Notes: a model not told the origin generated them from the letters alone. 64,000 nucleotides of DNA from Thermoplasmata archaeon (GCA_038852105.1 JAWCKK010000003.1:68819-132818), one strand, 5' to 3'; counted from the first letter of the stretch, positions 10,054 through 20,784 are shown. A program made the numbers and translations.

Positions 10054-11637
10054 CTATTCGCCTCCGAAGAAGCCTCGCAGCACTGGATGCATCTCCATCA
10101 TCTGTTCTCTGCCCATCGCCTCGTAGAAGTTGATGAGGATGCCCACGCAAAGCAGGACTCCTGTCCCGCTCGCGTTTCCGACAGTTCCTATCAGATCCGC
10201 GCCGGAAGAAAGAGCGCCCACCGTCGCTCCGCTGATGACCGTAACCACCGGGATGTATCTTTCGAGCACCCGGCGCAGCACGCGAGGATCTCTTCTGAAC
10301 CCTGGTATCTGCATCCCGCTGGATTCTATCTGCGATGCGACGGCCTCCGGGCCCATGTTCGTCGTCTCTATCCAGAACTTGGCGAACATGACAGAGCCTA
10401 TTATCATGACGCTGACATAAATCAGCACATGAGCGATTATCTGCTCCCTCGAATGGCCGGTCCCAAGCTGGCGGAGATAAGAATCGCTGAGTAGCGGCAG
10501 CAGCCAGTCTCCAACACCATTGACGGTTGAAAGGTAATATGCAAGGCCTCCCATGACCCGCAGCTGGTTGCTGCCGGGATCAGCCTCATAGAATCCGAGC
10601 ATCCAATTATGCCCCAGAATCGGCCAATTCATGAAGCTCGGATGCTGCCAGAACAGCATGGAGAACATGCTCACGTTTGCAAGCAGTGCGGCCATGAGGA
10701 TGACGGGGATGTTCGATGCGTAGATCAGCTTTATCGGATACCTGCCCCTTGCCCCTCTCGCCCCTCCGTGTGCCAGAGGCAGCTCTATCCTCGAGGACTC
10801 CGCATATGTGACGAACAGGAATATGACGATTGTCCCGATCAGGGCAATCAGCGGGTTGGGGTTCTGGAGCATTATCCGTTCGAACCCGCCACCGGAGATC
10901 TGAAGGGCGGGATAGTTCGTCCAAAGGTAGATGACCTTCGGTATCGTGCCCACTGGAGGGTTATCGACGCTCATAGGTTCGGAAGAGCTCACAGCGTTCC
11001 AGTTCAATGTTCCTGTGAAAATCGCCTGCGATACTCCTGCGGCTATGAACAGGCTTACTCCGCTCCCTATCCCCCATTTCGAGACGACCTCGTCCATCAG
11101 GAATACGAGGTAGGAGCCCGCGAACAGCTGAAGGACTATGAGCAATCTTGCCAGGGAGTCCCCTGACATGAAGGGGAGCACGCCTTCCATGTTCCCTATG
11201 AATTTCGCCGAAGGCACGAGGAATCCGAAGACCTGCGGGACGGCCTCGACGAATATCATGATTATTACGAGGAATTTCTGAGTCCCTTGGTACATCGCCT
11301 TGTCGTCGGCGTCCTTCAGGTTGAGCTTGATTATCTTCGCACCGGTGAACAGCTGCATGATAATCGAACCGGTGACTATCGGTCCGATACCGAGGTGCAT
11401 CAGCGAGAACTGCGCTCCCGCAAGTATCGCCCTGTACTGAGCGAAAAGGTCGAGGTTGCTCGCCTGATCAAGCCCGTAGATCATGATGTTCGTCATGGCA
11501 AAATACAGAACTAGCACCAGGATGACCCACATCATCTTGGTCCTGAAGTGCACGTGTCCTTCCGGCTTCTTGACCGCCGGGAGCCTATCAGTAATCGGCT
11601 TCAGCTTATACAGCAGGCTCTTCTTTTCTTCTGCCAT
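10054..11637 (-). CDS. secY: Preprotein translocase SecY
   Basis: LGIGPIVTGSII, SKWGIGSGVSLFI, YPIKLIYASNIP, QIPGFRRDPR. Confidence 0.97.
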   Translation of the reverse strand: MAEEKKSLLYKLKPITDRLPAVKKPEGHVHFRTKMMWVILVLVLYFAMTNIMIYGLDQASNLDLFAQYRAILAGAQFSLMHLGIGPIVTGSIIMQLFTGAKIIKLNLKDADDKAMYQGTQKFLVIIMIFVEAVPQVFGFLVPSAKFIGNMEGVLPFMSGDSLARLLIVLQLFAGSYLVFLMDEVVSKWGIGSGVSLFIAAGVSQAIFTGTLNWNAVSSSEPMSVDNPPVGTIPKVIYLWTNYPALQISGGGFERIMLQNPNPLIALIGTIVIFLFVTYAESSRIELPLAHGGARGARGRYPIKLIYASNIPVILMAALLANVSMFSMLFWQHPSFMNWPILGHNWMLGFYEADPGSNQLRVMGGLAYYLSTVNGVGDWLLPLLSDSYLRQLGTGHSREQIIAHVLIYVSVMIIGSVMFAKFWIETTNMGPEAVASQIESSGMQIPGFRRDPRVLRRVLERYIPVVTVISGATVGALSSGADLIGTVGNASGTGVLLCVGILINFYEAMGREQMMEMHPVLRGFFGGE

Positions 11638-11709
11638 GCTTACCAGTCCGATTCTCTTCAAATCATTTCTGCGTCTGTGCTTCCTCGTGAGTTCAATTGC
11701 GATTGCGAA

Positions 11710-12135
11710 TCATTCAATTATCAGTTTTCCGCCTATCTTCTCCAGCTTCTGCTTGGCTTTCTGCGAGGCCTGATCGACTATGACATCGACAGCAGTGGCA
11801 ATTTTCCCAGAGCCGAGCAGCTTGTCGATTCCGAGCTTCCTCAAGTCGACGACCAATCTTCCCTGTTTGGATTCCGCTATCCCTTTGGACTTCATCGATT
11901 CCAGATTGAGTTCAAGTTCTGACAGGTTCATTGTTCGGTTTTCGGAGACCACCGATTGAGGTCTCTTGAAGCCGTGCCTGCCGAAATAATCAGGCATGTA
12001 CTTCACGACCGAGATGTACTTGTGCTTGTGCAGGCCAGCATTTCCTCTTCCGCCGTGCAGGCCCGCTCCTCTGCCCGCCTTTTTGCCGCGCCCGTGTGTC
12101 CTGCTGCCCCTGAACTTGCTCGTTCTGCTGACCAT
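11710..12135 (-). CDS. rpl15: 50S ribosomal protein uL15
   Basis: RGSRTHGRG...GGRGNAG, KLLGSG. Confidence 0.96.
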   Translation of the reverse strand: MVSRTSKFRGSRTHGRGKKAGRGAGLHGGRGNAGLHKHKYISVVKYMPDYFGRHGFKRPQSVVSENRTMNLSELELNLESMKSKGIAESKQGRLVVDLRKLGIDKLLGSGKIATAVDVIVDQASQKAKQKLEKIGGKLIIE

Positions 12136-12140
12136 TCGCC

Positions 12141-12629
12141 TCACTCTCCCTTCAACGGCACAATCATGCGTTCGAGGAGCGCCTCGATGTCCTTACCCCT
12201 GTAGCCCAGCGAGCCGCCCATCGGGTAGGATTTCTTGACGTTCTCGTATCCGCCCCGCGGCGGGTGCAGGCGAATCACAGGCTGAAGGTTCTTCACGCTG
12301 CTGAGGGTCGCCTCATCTTCTTGGATGGCCTTCGCAAATGAAAGGACGGACTTGTACTTCTCGCTGTTCTGCTTGACGAAATCGTCGTTCACTTTCCCTC
12401 TCTTTCCCACTGGCTCTCCTCTTTTTATGAGGATCTTCGCAATCATTTCTGCCGAGACCTCTCCCCATGTGATGTAATCCTTCGCGGCCTCGAGCATCCC
12501 CTTCATTGTGGGGTCCTGGCGGACAAACACCAGATGATTGATTCTGTTCAACCTGAGCTGTCTTAGCGTCCTCTTCACGCGCTCCCCAGCCTGCTCGCTG
12601 CCTCTGACTCGCACGACGGCGAAAGCCAA
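12141..12629 (-). CDS. rpl30: 50S ribosomal protein uL30
   Basis: AVVRVRG, KDYITWGE, RLHPPRGG; TTG start. Confidence 0.95.
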   Translation of the reverse strand: MAFAVVRVRGSEQAGERVKRTLRQLRLNRINHLVFVRQDPTMKGMLEAAKDYITWGEVSAEMIAKILIKRGEPVGKRGKVNDDFVKQNSEKYKSVLSFAKAIQEDEATLSSVKNLQPVIRLHPPRGGYENVKKSYPMGGSLGYRGKDIEALLERMIVPLKGE

Positions 12630-12630
12630 T

Positions 12631-13386
12631 TCACTCGACCCCCTTGTCTATTTCCTTCTGGTCAGGGATATCCTCCGTGGTATCATTTGCCGGCTCTTCT
12701 GCGGCAGCCTCCGCCCGAGCAGCCTCGGTCGCAGGAGCGATATGCAGGCCAACCGACCCGGAAACGATTTTCAGTCTTTCCTTCTGCTCGTCGGTCACCT
12801 TGATGAGCACGGTCTGCTTTAGAGCCTCAAAGGCCGCGAGCGAGTAATTGATCGTGGTCTTCGAGTGGCCTTGGGTCATTCCCCAGGCATCGGATATGCC
12901 GGCCATCTGCAGAATGCTTTTAGCGATATCGCCGACCGCAAGCCCGGTGCCCCGCGGCGCCGCTCTGAGCGTGACAACGACCGATCCCACCTTCCCGGTG
13001 ACGGTGAACGGCAGCGAGTGCGGAGTCATACATCCGCATTCCCAAGAACCGCAGCCTCTCTTCACTTCGATGACGTTGAGCTTCGCGTTCTCGATCGCCT
13101 TTCTTATCGCAGGTCCGACCTCTTTCCCCTTGGCTCGTCCGACGCCGACGAAACCGTCTCTGTTGCCGACGACCACGGTTATGGCGAACTTGACTCGCCT
13201 GCCCGAATCGGTCATCCGCTGGACCATGTTCACATCTAAAACTTCATCGGCCAGATCCGGCAAGAGAATGTCGACGATCTCGGGCTCCCTTATCGGCAAT
13301 CTACTTCTGAGAGCATCGCTCATTGTTGTTATTTTTCCTTCCGCAACAAGCTTTCCGAGGCGGGTCTTCGGTACCCATTCTGCCAT
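12631..13386 (-). CDS. rps5: 30S ribosomal protein uS5
   Basis: [26 protein letters not shown]. Confidence 0.97.
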   Translation of the reverse strand: MAEWVPKTRLGKLVAEGKITTMSDALRSRLPIREPEIVDILLPDLADEVLDVNMVQRMTDSGRRVKFAITVVVGNRDGFVGVGRAKGKEVGPAIRKAIENAKLNVIEVKRGCGSWECGCMTPHSLPFTVTGKVGSVVVTLRAAPRGTGLAVGDIAKSILQMAGISDAWGMTQGHSKTTINYSLAAFEALKQTVLIKVTDEQKERLKIVSGSVGLHIAPATEAARAEAAAEEPANDTTEDIPDQKEIDKGVE

Positions 13387-13895
13387 TATGAGTCGCCTCC
13401 TTCCTGCAATTTCGATTTTATCTCGCTGAATTTAGACTGCGTTTTCTCCGAGAGATGTTTGCCCGAGATTCTATCGTCGTTCGGCAGCACCTCCTCGTCA
13501 TGCGGCACGGAAACGCCCGCATCGAGCATCCCCTTGAGCGCGGCGAACACGACAGAGCCCTTGGCCGGCACGTGACGGCCTATGTCGAGCACAGCCTCTT
13601 CGATCCCGGCCTTCTTGCATCTTCGACCCGCCATCAGGCCGGTGAGATATCCCGCGGGAGTGTTATCGAAATTGCCCTCCCAGCCGAACTCAGCGAGCTC
13701 CTTTGAGAAGGCCGATGCGATTATCTTATCGCCAGAATCGAGGTAATCCGCGACCTGTACCCTGACGTGCTTGTTGCTCTTTCTCACTATGATCCGAGGC
13801 AATCCCCCGGTGATGAGCGCCTTTCTCGACCTGTAATCCGTGATGTTCTTCCTCCGACGCTTCATCGGAACTCTGTATCTAGGACCGCTACCCAT
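13386..13895 (-). CDS. rpl18: 50S ribosomal protein uL18
   Basis: GPRYRV..RRR...[17 protein letters not shown]. Confidence 0.96.
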   Translation of the reverse strand: MGSGPRYRVPMKRRRKNITDYRSRKALITGGLPRIIVRKSNKHVRVQVADYLDSGDKIIASAFSKELAEFGWEGNFDNTPAGYLTGLMAGRRCKKAGIEEAVLDIGRHVPAKGSVVFAALKGMLDAGVSVPHDEEVLPNDDRISGKHLSEKTQSKFSEIKSKLQEGGDS

Positions 13896-13899
13896 GCGC

Positions 13900-14358
13900 T
13901 CATCCCTCCTTCAGATGCCCTTCGGTTTTCAGATGGCTGTCAAGGTGCGCGATGTTTCTGAACATGCCGCCCTTCGCCTTCCTGTAGTATTCCCTATAGA
14001 TTGCTTTCGTGATCCTGCCTTCATCTCTGTGCTCCCTGAGCCTTCTCCTGAGCGCCCTGATGGTCTGCTCCCAGTGCTTCTTCGTGGGTCTTCTGGCGTT
14101 CGCAGTACCTTTCCTGCTGCCATGCCCCTTCCTCCTGCCTTTCGCTTTCTGGGACTCGGCATGCCTGGCTCTCCCTCTGGAAACCCCTTTTTCGGGAGCG
14201 ACCGCAATTGTTCCGGAGGCGATGAGCGTCCTGATGTCCGCGCGGGTTATGCTATCCTCTATGTCCTCCAGTCGGTTCGGATCCATCCAGACCCGGTTTT
14301 CTCCGCATTTCAGTATCTGGGCGGCCATCCTTCGCTGGTTCTTCAGGTTCACGTTCAT
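13900..14358 (-). CDS. rpl19e: 50S ribosomal protein eL19
   Basis: QRRMAAQILKCGENRVW, GSRKGTANAR. Confidence 0.97.
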   Translation of the reverse strand: MNVNLKNQRRMAAQILKCGENRVWMDPNRLEDIEDSITRADIRTLIASGTIAVAPEKGVSRGRARHAESQKAKGRRKGHGSRKGTANARRPTKKHWEQTIRALRRRLREHRDEGRITKAIYREYYRKAKGGMFRNIAHLDSHLKTEGHLKEG

Positions 14359-15140
14359 CCACCCCTGTTCAGGACGCGTATCCCCAGCTCGTCCGCCTTT
14401 TCTATTATCTGGTTTCTCTTCCTCTGACCCACTGTATGTGCAATCCTGACGGCCTGTCTATCCGCATCTTCGACCTTCGATAGGTCGTTCACGTTGCAGA
14501 CCCTGATTTCCTCGAATCCCGACGGGTGAAGCCCTCTCGCAGTCTTCGGGCCCCTGTACCCGACCGAGACCATCGGTCTCCGGTACCGCATCTTCATCCG
14601 CGTCTTCGAGTGTATCCCTCTCGGCTTCCTCCAGCCCGTTTCAAGCTTCTTGTATCTGCCGTATTCCTGGCGATAGAATTCAGGCCTCGAGCCGTCTATC
14701 CGTGCTCTTTTCAAAAGGGCATCTTTCAATTCCGGAGAGATCTTCGGTTTCTTCTTCGGAACGTAGGCCCCTTCTTCGACTATTTCGACCTCTTCCTCTG
14801 GGACGGCCCCTTCTTTTTCTTCTTTCCCCTCTTCCGAAGGCTCCTCTTTTGTTTTCTTCTCGGTCTTCTTCGGTTTCTTCTTTTTTTCTGCCGGGGCCTC
14901 CTTTTCAGCCTCGGCTTTCTTCTCTGGTTCGATTTCCAGGAGTTCTTCCCATTGCTTCACCGTCTTTGGGCCAATTCCCTTAAGCTCGGGATGAATCGAG
15001 TCCCACTTTTCCTTATCCCTTATTACCTCGAGCAGCTTTTCGGGCGTTGCTATGCCGTGCTTCTCCAATACTTTGAGGTGCTCCTCGTTCATATGCGGGA
15101 GCTCCCTGATTCTCTCGCTGATTTTCTCTTCGGGGCTCAT
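14355..15140 (-). CDS. rpl32e: 50S ribosomal protein eL32 with N-terminal HhH-like extension
   Basis: WRKPRGIHSK, GYRGPK..RGLHPSG, GIRVLN; N-terminal LKGIGPKT. Confidence 0.93.
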   Translation of the reverse strand: MSPEEKISERIRELPHMNEEHLKVLEKHGIATPEKLLEVIRDKEKWDSIHPELKGIGPKTVKQWEELLEIEPEKKAEAEKEAPAEKKKKPKKTEKKTKEEPSEEGKEEKEGAVPEEEVEIVEEGAYVPKKKPKISPELKDALLKRARIDGSRPEFYRQEYGRYKKLETGWRKPRGIHSKTRMKMRYRRPMVSVGYRGPKTARGLHPSGFEEIRVCNVNDLSKVEDADRQAVRIAHTVGQRKRNQIIEKADELGIRVLNRGG

Positions 15141-15691
15141 CTCGTCCCCCTCCAGCCCTTTGACGTGATGTAAATGCCGTCCTGGAACACCCTTGGGTCG
15201 AATCCCTTGATCTTCGTCGCCAGCTCGATGTTAGCCGCGGTCTGCCCGACGTCTTCGATGTTTATGCCCGTGAGCGTTATCTCGTCTCCCTTGACCGTGA
15301 TTTTGGTGTCTCCCACGATCTTCGTCTTCCTGGGGCTTCTCTCTCCCAGGAAATTCTCGATGACGAACATGTTTCCCTTCACGGAGGCCTTTATCGGAAA
15401 GTGACTGTAGACAATCTTCATCTTGTACTCGTAGCCAGAAATGACCCCGTGTATCATGTTCAAGATATGGGATTCAATGGTTCCGACCATTGCCTTGTCC
15501 CTGATACGCGGATACTCGCATACGACGGCGTATTTCGAGCCCTCTTTCTTGATTATCTTGATTCTCCTGAGGTCGAATTGCCTTGAAAGGGTTCCTTTCG
15601 GGCCCTTGACCGAGACGGTGTTCCCCGAGACGCTCAGCTGGACGTTGGCCGGCACCTCGAACTCCCGTTCTATGATTCCTGCGATTGACAT
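15137..15691 (-). CDS. rpl6: 50S ribosomal protein uL6
   Basis: VKGPKG, YSHFPI, NFLGE, DPRVFQDGIYI. Confidence 0.96.
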   Translation of the reverse strand: MSIAGIIEREFEVPANVQLSVSGNTVSVKGPKGTLSRQFDLRRIKIIKKEGSKYAVVCEYPRIRDKAMVGTIESHILNMIHGVISGYEYKMKIVYSHFPIKASVKGNMFVIENFLGERSPRKTKIVGDTKITVKGDEITLTGINIEDVGQTAANIELATKIKGFDPRVFQDGIYITSKGWRGTR

Positions 15692-15701
15692 GATTCTCAC
15701 C

Positions 15702-16091
15702 TCAGTAGACGTACGCCAGTAGCTTTCCGCCTATTCCAAGCTCCTTTGCCTTCACGTTCGACATCACGCCCTTCGTTGTCGTGAGTATCAGCACGCCGAA
15801 GTCTTGGGCGGGCAAGTACCTCGCTTCGTATTTCTCCATCTCGGCGACCTTCACCGAGTACCTCGGACGAATGACGCCGCATTCGTTGATATGGCCGTTC
15901 AACACTACTCTGTACTTACCGGCTTTGTTATCCTCAATCAGCTCGAACTGCTTGATGTAGCTGTTCTCCTCCAGGACCTTGAGCACTCGGCCTATGAGCT
16001 TCGAGGAAGGGGCGATGATGCAGCTTCCCTTGCCGACTTTCTCTGCGTTCCGAATGCAGGACATCGCATCATTGAGCGGATCGTGTTGCAT
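15702..16091 (-). CDS. rps8: 30S ribosomal protein uS8
   Basis: DPLNDA, INECGVIRPR, GGKLLAYVY. Confidence 0.97.
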   Translation of the reverse strand: MQHDPLNDAMSCIRNAEKVGKGSCIIAPSSKLIGRVLKVLEENSYIKQFELIEDNKAGKYRVVLNGHINECGVIRPRYSVKVAEMEKYEARYLPAQDFGVLILTTTKGVMSNVKAKELGIGGKLLAYVY

Positions 16092-16106
16092 CCTCTCTCA
16101 CGCTCC

Positions 16107-16253
16107 TCACGAATACTTCCTGAAGCCGATCTGGGGGGCGATTTCCCTGAAGCATTGCCTGCAGAGATGCATCCCGTAGCGTCTGATGATTCCGCGTTTC
16201 CGACCGCATCTCACGCAGCCTTCCACTCGACCGAACTTCTTCTTTGGCTTCAT
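16107..16253 (-). CDS. rps14: 30S ribosomal protein uS14 (zinc type); not in the ORF track
   Basis: Manual translation [48 protein letters not shown]. Confidence 0.95.
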   Translation of the reverse strand: MKPKKKFGRVEGCVRCGRKRGIIRRYGMHLCRQCFREIAPQIGFRKYS

Positions 16254-16765
16254 TCGACCACCTCGATGCCGAACTTGGTCTTCACGAATTCTATGCCCTC
16301 TTCTTTCGTGACTCTATGATGAGCAGGAATCCTCCTCGTCAATCTTCTCCTCTGGGAGATTCTCTTTCCACGTCTCTTCAAAGTGACCGTGACATCCATT
16401 CCGAATATCCCGATCTCGGGGTCGTATTTCACACCCTCGAAATCCGTGTAATCCGGTATTCCAAACGAGAAATTCCCTTCAGGATCAAAGGAGTACTCAG
16501 CAATCTTGTTATTTCTTGTCCAGAAAGCTTTCTTCAGGAATTCCTCCGCGGACTCCTTCCTTAGGGTCACCTTGCATCCGATCTCCATGCCCGGCCTGAT
16601 GCCGAAATCGCGATTCGTGCGCTTCGCCTTGGTCAATACCGGCTTCTGATGCGTCAGCATCTCGAGTATCTTCTTCGCCTTGAGCAGGCGCTCGCCCGCC
16701 TCTCCGACACCGATGTTCACGGTGACCTTCTCGAGGAGCACCTCGCGCATTATGTTGTCGCTCAT
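16250..16765 (-). CDS. rpl5: 50S ribosomal protein uL5
   Basis: [29 protein letters not shown]. Confidence 0.97.
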   Translation of the reverse strand: MSDNIMREVLLEKVTVNIGVGEAGERLLKAKKILEMLTHQKPVLTKAKRTNRDFGIRPGMEIGCKVTLRKESAEEFLKKAFWTRNNKIAEYSFDPEGNFSFGIPDYTDFEGVKYDPEIGIFGMDVTVTLKRRGKRISQRRRLTRRIPAHHRVTKEEGIEFVKTKFGIEVVE

Positions 16766-17472
16766 AATGCGCTCCCCTCCAGCATCTTGATTTCAGGGGT
16801 TCTCTCGCCGACAACGAATACATTGTCCCAGGTGGTCGAGAAGCCCTCCTTGAAACCCACGAGGTTCTGAGCAGAGCCACGCTTGATCGTGAATGATTCG
16901 ACAGTCACAAGGCTTCCGGGATGCGAGCCGGCGACGAGCAGAGCCAGGCTTCCTTCCTTCAACGGGATTTGCTTCAGTATCTTCTGCGAAGGCAGCTCGA
17001 TTTTCAGCACATCCCCGGTCTTATACTGGTTCTTCGGTATCAGTATGTTCCTCCCGTCGTGAAGATTCAGCTGGAACACGCCGTTTCTCACTATTGTCTT
17101 GTTCTGGATTCTGACGAGCTTGACCTTCGCCTCCTCAGGAGAAATCGTCGTCAATTTCATCCTGCCGTGCGTGTCGAGCAGCATGCGATAGTTCTGTCCG
17201 GTCTTTGATATGGTCACGGTATCCATAAGTCCGACGGGGAATTTCTCGTCCGTAACAATCCTCCCGTCGACAAGCACGCCTCTAGTGGAAAGTATGTGTC
17301 TAGCTTCTCTCAGATTGTCGCATATTTTCAGCATGTCTCGCAGCACTATCGCCATAGGGACGCTCGACGCGGTCGCGTGAGGTCCAGGTCTGGGCTTGGG
17401 CACCCAGGTGCTCGTCTTCCTCGGAATCCCCCAGCTCTTCGGAGCGACCAATCTTTTCATGTGCTTGCTCAT
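16762..17472 (-). CDS. rps4e: 30S ribosomal protein eS4
   Basis: KHMKRLVAPKSW, PRPGPH, FPVGLMD, LHDGRNI. Confidence 0.97.
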   Translation of the reverse strand: MSKHMKRLVAPKSWGIPRKTSTWVPKPRPGPHATASSVPMAIVLRDMLKICDNLREARHILSTRGVLVDGRIVTDEKFPVGLMDTVTISKTGQNYRMLLDTHGRMKLTTISPEEAKVKLVRIQNKTIVRNGVFQLNLHDGRNILIPKNQYKTGDVLKIELPSQKILKQIPLKEGSLALLVAGSHPGSLVTVESFTIKRGSAQNLVGFKEGFSTTWDNVFVVGERTPEIKMLEGSAL

Positions 17473-17849
17473 TTCGCCCCCTCCTTGAGCTTCTCGAGTT
17501 TCGCTTTCCTTACCGGGTCCGAAAGATCCAATTTAGTGATTATGCAATTCGACGGGTCGACGGGCCTTGCTTTCTGCGTCCCGTCCGCCTTGGCAATCGT
17601 GATTCCGTCCAGGGTAAGCTTCTTGCTTCTGAGGTCGACATTGGAGACCTTCGCTTCGACTCCTTTTATCCCTTCCGAGCCGCGAATTATCTTCACAGTG
17701 TCACCTTTCCTGACAGGGACCGACCTCGTGTTGTATTCGTTCATCAACTGTCTCTCGAGGTGACAAGAGACCATCCTGTGACGCGCATGGAGAGGTGCGT
17801 TTGCCTGCATCTTTCTCTGCTTTCTCGGCATCTTGCTGGTGACGCGCAT
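17469..17849 (-). CDS. rpl24: 50S ribosomal protein uL24
   Basis: PRKQRK...APLH, VRKGDTVKIIRG. Confidence 0.96.
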   Translation of the reverse strand: MRVTSKMPRKQRKMQANAPLHARHRMVSCHLERQLMNEYNTRSVPVRKGDTVKIIRGSEGIKGVEAKVSNVDLRSKKLTLDGITIAKADGTQKARPVDPSNCIITKLDLSDPVRKAKLEKLKEGAK

Positions 17850-17861
17850 TTTCCTTCCCCC

Positions 17862-18260
17862 TCAGATTATCATCGAGGCCGTTGCCGCGATTCTCGGCCA
17901 TCTCTCGGCGGCCTCTCGCGCGACGGGTCCCTTGATGTCGGTACCTTTAGTCTCCCCTGTCTCTGTCGTTATCACCGCGGCGTTGTCCTCGAACTGGACT
18001 ATCGTCCCGTCGGCCCTCCTGAACGGGCGTCGCTGTCTGACGATCACCGCGTTCACTACCTGTCGCCTCATCTCCGGCGTGCCTTTCTTGACACTGGCAA
18101 TCACAAGATCTCCTATGCCTGCGCTCGGGTACCGTCTCCTGGTCCCGTGGTATTTCGGGACGGCAATGACCGATATCACCTTTGCGCCGGTGTTGTCTAT
18201 GCAGACCAGCTGCGCTCCTGTCGGAAGCCCTCTCTTCTGCCTGCCTGGTAGCCCCTTCAT
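17862..18260 (-). CDS. rpl14: 50S ribosomal protein uL14
   Basis: [30 protein letters not shown]. Confidence 0.97.
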   Translation of the reverse strand: MKGLPGRQKRGLPTGAQLVCIDNTGAKVISVIAVPKYHGTRRRYPSAGIGDLVIASVKKGTPEMRRQVVNAVIVRQRRPFRRADGTIVQFEDNAAVITTETGETKGTDIKGPVAREAAERWPRIAATASMII

Positions 18261-18265
18261 CGGAA

Positions 18266-18616
18266 TCACGCCCTCCTCTCGATGACCACGAATGAGACAT
18301 TCTTTGCCAACGGCCTGCATTCCATGATTCTGACCCTATCTCCCATTTGAAGCTTCATGCACGGGGGAGCATGAGCGAAGTATCTGCTCGTCCTCTTCTC
18401 GTACCTCTCGAACTTTGAGATGTATCTCAGGTATTCCCTCTGGACGATGACGGTTCCCTGCATCCGTGTCGAGACAACCGTCCCGTCTATCATCGCGCCT
18501 CTCACGGGCAACGTCCCGTGGAACGGGCAATATTCGTCCGAACACGAACCAGTCGGTGCCTTGACGTCGACGCCGATGTCCCGTGCCGCCTTCTCCTTCG
18601 TCTTTCGTGCTGCCAT
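18266..18616 (-). CDS. rps17: 30S ribosomal protein uS17
   Basis: [26 protein letters not shown]. Confidence 0.96.
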   Translation of the reverse strand: MAARKTKEKAARDIGVDVKAPTGSCSDEYCPFHGTLPVRGAMIDGTVVSTRMQGTVIVQREYLRYISKFERYEKRTSRYFAHAPPCMKLQMGDRVRIMECRPLAKNVSFVVIERRA

Positions 18617-18634
18617 TATGATCACCTTGAATCG

Positions 18635-18901
18635 TCATTTCACGCGCTTTACGCGGTCCTCCGGTTTGAACTCGATTTCCGATCCCCTCACCCGTTCTTT
18701 TCTTCCCATATCGTCGAACTCGAACACGCAGCTCGCCTTGGGAACTTTTCTCTCCCTCCCATCGGATTCGATGACCAGCATCCTTCGGGTCTCATCGACC
18801 ACGCGGCCCCGAAGACCGACGTATCCCGGGTGAGTGGACGAAACGATTTCGACATTCAGACCTATCAGCTCATGTCTCCTCAGTTCTCCTCTCGGCCTCA
18901 T
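18635..18901 (-). CDS. rnp1: RNase P protein Rpp29/Pop4
   Basis: HELIGL.VEI, GRVVDET, VPK; conserved position. Confidence 0.92.
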   Translation of the reverse strand: MRPRGELRRHELIGLNVEIVSSTHPGYVGLRGRVVDETRRMLVIESDGRERKVPKASCVFEFDDMGRKERVRGSEIEFKPEDRVKRVK

Positions 18902-18907
18902 TGACTA

Positions 18908-19207
18908 TCATCTTGTGTCGACCGTGAAGCCCATCTCGGTGAGCGTTTCCTTCACCTTCTTCTTGTGGTCGCCCTGCAGCTCAATCCGGCCATCCTTGTA
19001 CGTCCCGCCCGCGGCGCATTTGCTCTTCAGCTTGCGCGCGAGCTCTTCGAGATCGATGTCCGCCGAGTTGAACCCCTCGACGACAGTGACGACCTTTCCG
19101 TATCTTCTGGTGTCGGTGTATATCCGGATCTGCTGTTGCTCCCGGGCGATCTCCTCGCACATGCACAGCTCTTTAGGTAGCCCACAAACCGAGCAGATTG
19201 TAGCCAT
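18908..19207 (-). CDS. Translation initiation factor aIF1 / SUI1
   Basis: [35 protein letters not shown]. Confidence 0.95.
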   Translation of the reverse strand: MATICSVCGLPKELCMCEEIAREQQQIRIYTDTRRYGKVVTVVEGFNSADIDLEELARKLKSKCAAGGTYKDGRIELQGDHKKKVKETLTEMGFTVDTR

Positions 19208-19452
19208 TAAGCATTCTCCTCCTGACCTTTCCTGCCTCCTTCTTTTTCCTTCTTGATCTCCAATTCACGTATGACAGTCCTTATTCTGGCGACGTTTGTC
19301 CTCAAGGCCCGAAGTCTCCCAGGGCTCGGAGGCGCGCCTCCCATCGCGGCCACTCCGCGCTCGTGCATCAGCTCATCCTCTAGCGCCTCGAGTTTCTCTT
19401 TCAGCTCATCTGGGCGCATCGCCCTGATGTCCTTCATCTTCAGCAAGGCCAT
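19207..19452 (-). CDS. rpl29: 50S ribosomal protein uL29
   Basis: [12 protein letters not shown]..., [16 protein letters not shown]. Confidence 0.93.
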   Translation of the reverse strand: MALLKMKDIRAMRPDELKEKLEALEDELMHERGVAAMGGAPPSPGRLRALRTNVARIRTVIRELEIKKEKEGGRKGQEENA

Positions 19453-19456
19453 CGTT

Positions 19457-20305
19457 CTACTCCTCCTTCTCCGGTTCCTCATCGGAGTCGCCTTCATTCT
19501 TTGATTCATCCTCAGGCGCCTGCTCATCCGATTTCGCTTCTTCCGTTACAGGCTCCGCGCCTGTCTTTTCGGGCGCAGCTTCCGCGGACGGAGCAGGTGC
19601 CGGTTCGGGTTCGGGCGATTCGCTCTCCTCCGAGGCCGCGATAGAAAGCTCTTCTTTCGTCGAGAGTTCTCCCGGAGAGCCCGCCTCGAGAGATGTTGCA
19701 GTGGCGGTCGGCTGGGCAGTAACCAAGACGTCGTCAGGGAGCCTCGCATTCGGGTCCATTATCCAAACCTTCACGCCGATTATCCCGGGCTTGAGCCTTG
19801 CGGCGGTGTAGCCCTCTCTCATGAACATCAATTTCGGATGCCCGCAATATTTTATGTGCCCCTCCCTGAACTTCTCGGTCCTGTGTCTCTGACCGGTCAA
19901 TTTGCCCGAGAGTATCACCTGGCATCCTTTGGCCCCGGAGTCCATAATCCTCCTGACTATCGAGTGCCCCGCGCGCCTGAAGTGCCAGCCGCGCTCGAGC
20001 GCGGTCGCGAGCTTCTCCGACATTATCTGCGCGTTCAGGCTGGGGTTGTTTTCTTGCTGAACCTCGATTTGCGGGTTATTGAACTTGAAGTCCTGTTCTA
20101 TTGCCTTTGTCAGAGCCTTGATTGCGGCTCCCCTTCGGCCAATGACGAGCCCGGGGCGCTCCGTGATGAGAGTCACTCTCGTGCCCATCGGAGTCCTTTG
20201 GATATCGAGCCCTCCGAAGCCAGCACGGTCCAGCTGCTTCATCATGTATTCCTTGAGCAGTATTCTCTTGATGTTCTCGGTTACGAACTTTCTCTCCGTT
20301 GCCAT
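19457..20305 (-). CDS. rps3: 30S ribosomal protein uS3 with acidic C-terminal tail
   Basis: RPGLVIGRRG KH motif, LERGWHFRRAG, GIIGVKV. Confidence 0.96.
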   Translation of the reverse strand: MATERKFVTENIKRILLKEYMMKQLDRAGFGGLDIQRTPMGTRVTLITERPGLVIGRRGAAIKALTKAIEQDFKFNNPQIEVQQENNPSLNAQIMSEKLATALERGWHFRRAGHSIVRRIMDSGAKGCQVILSGKLTGQRHRTEKFREGHIKYCGHPKLMFMREGYTAARLKPGIIGVKVWIMDPNARLPDDVLVTAQPTATATSLEAGSPGELSTKEELSIAASEESESPEPEPAPAPSAEAAPEKTGAEPVTEEAKSDEQAPEDESKNEGDSDEEPEKEE

Positions 20306-20321
20306 GATACCAGCTCCGCGC

Positions 20322-20774
20322 TTAGCTCGATTCCTGCTCCTCCAATATGACTTCGATGTGAGATGTGAGGTCGTTCCAGGGAGTCGCTCTGCCATGCGCC
20401 CTTGGCATCCTGTTCCTGTAAATCCTTCCTCTGTGGACAGCTATCGTGTGTATCTTCATGTTCTCCGAGTCCAGACCCTTGTACTCGGCATTGTGCTGCG
20501 CGCTCTCGATGACTTTCAGGATCTCCTTTGCAGCCTTCACAGGGTATCTTCCCGGGCCGACGCCGGGCTTGTGCGCCAGGTACATCTTGTATCTCGTGTA
20601 TTTCACCGGCCTCCTCAGAGCCATGACCTCTCTGAGGAATTTCTTCGCCTCTTCGACCTTCATGCCCCTGATGTTCCTGCAAACTTCCTCGCATTTCTTC
20701 GGTGAGACCCTGATCTCTTTTCCTATGGCTTTCGACGTCTTCTCCGGGTCAGCCTCTTGTGTGTATCCGACCAT
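20322..20774 (-). CDS. rpl22: 50S ribosomal protein uL22
   Basis: GRYPVKAA, PRAHGRA, SHIEVIL. Confidence 0.96.
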   Translation of the reverse strand: MVGYTQEADPEKTSKAIGKEIRVSPKKCEEVCRNIRGMKVEEAKKFLREVMALRRPVKYTRYKMYLAHKPGVGPGRYPVKAAKEILKVIESAQHNAEYKGLDSENMKIHTIAVHRGRIYRNRMPRAHGRATPWNDLTSHIEVILEEQESS

Positions 20775-20784
20775 TCATCTCACC

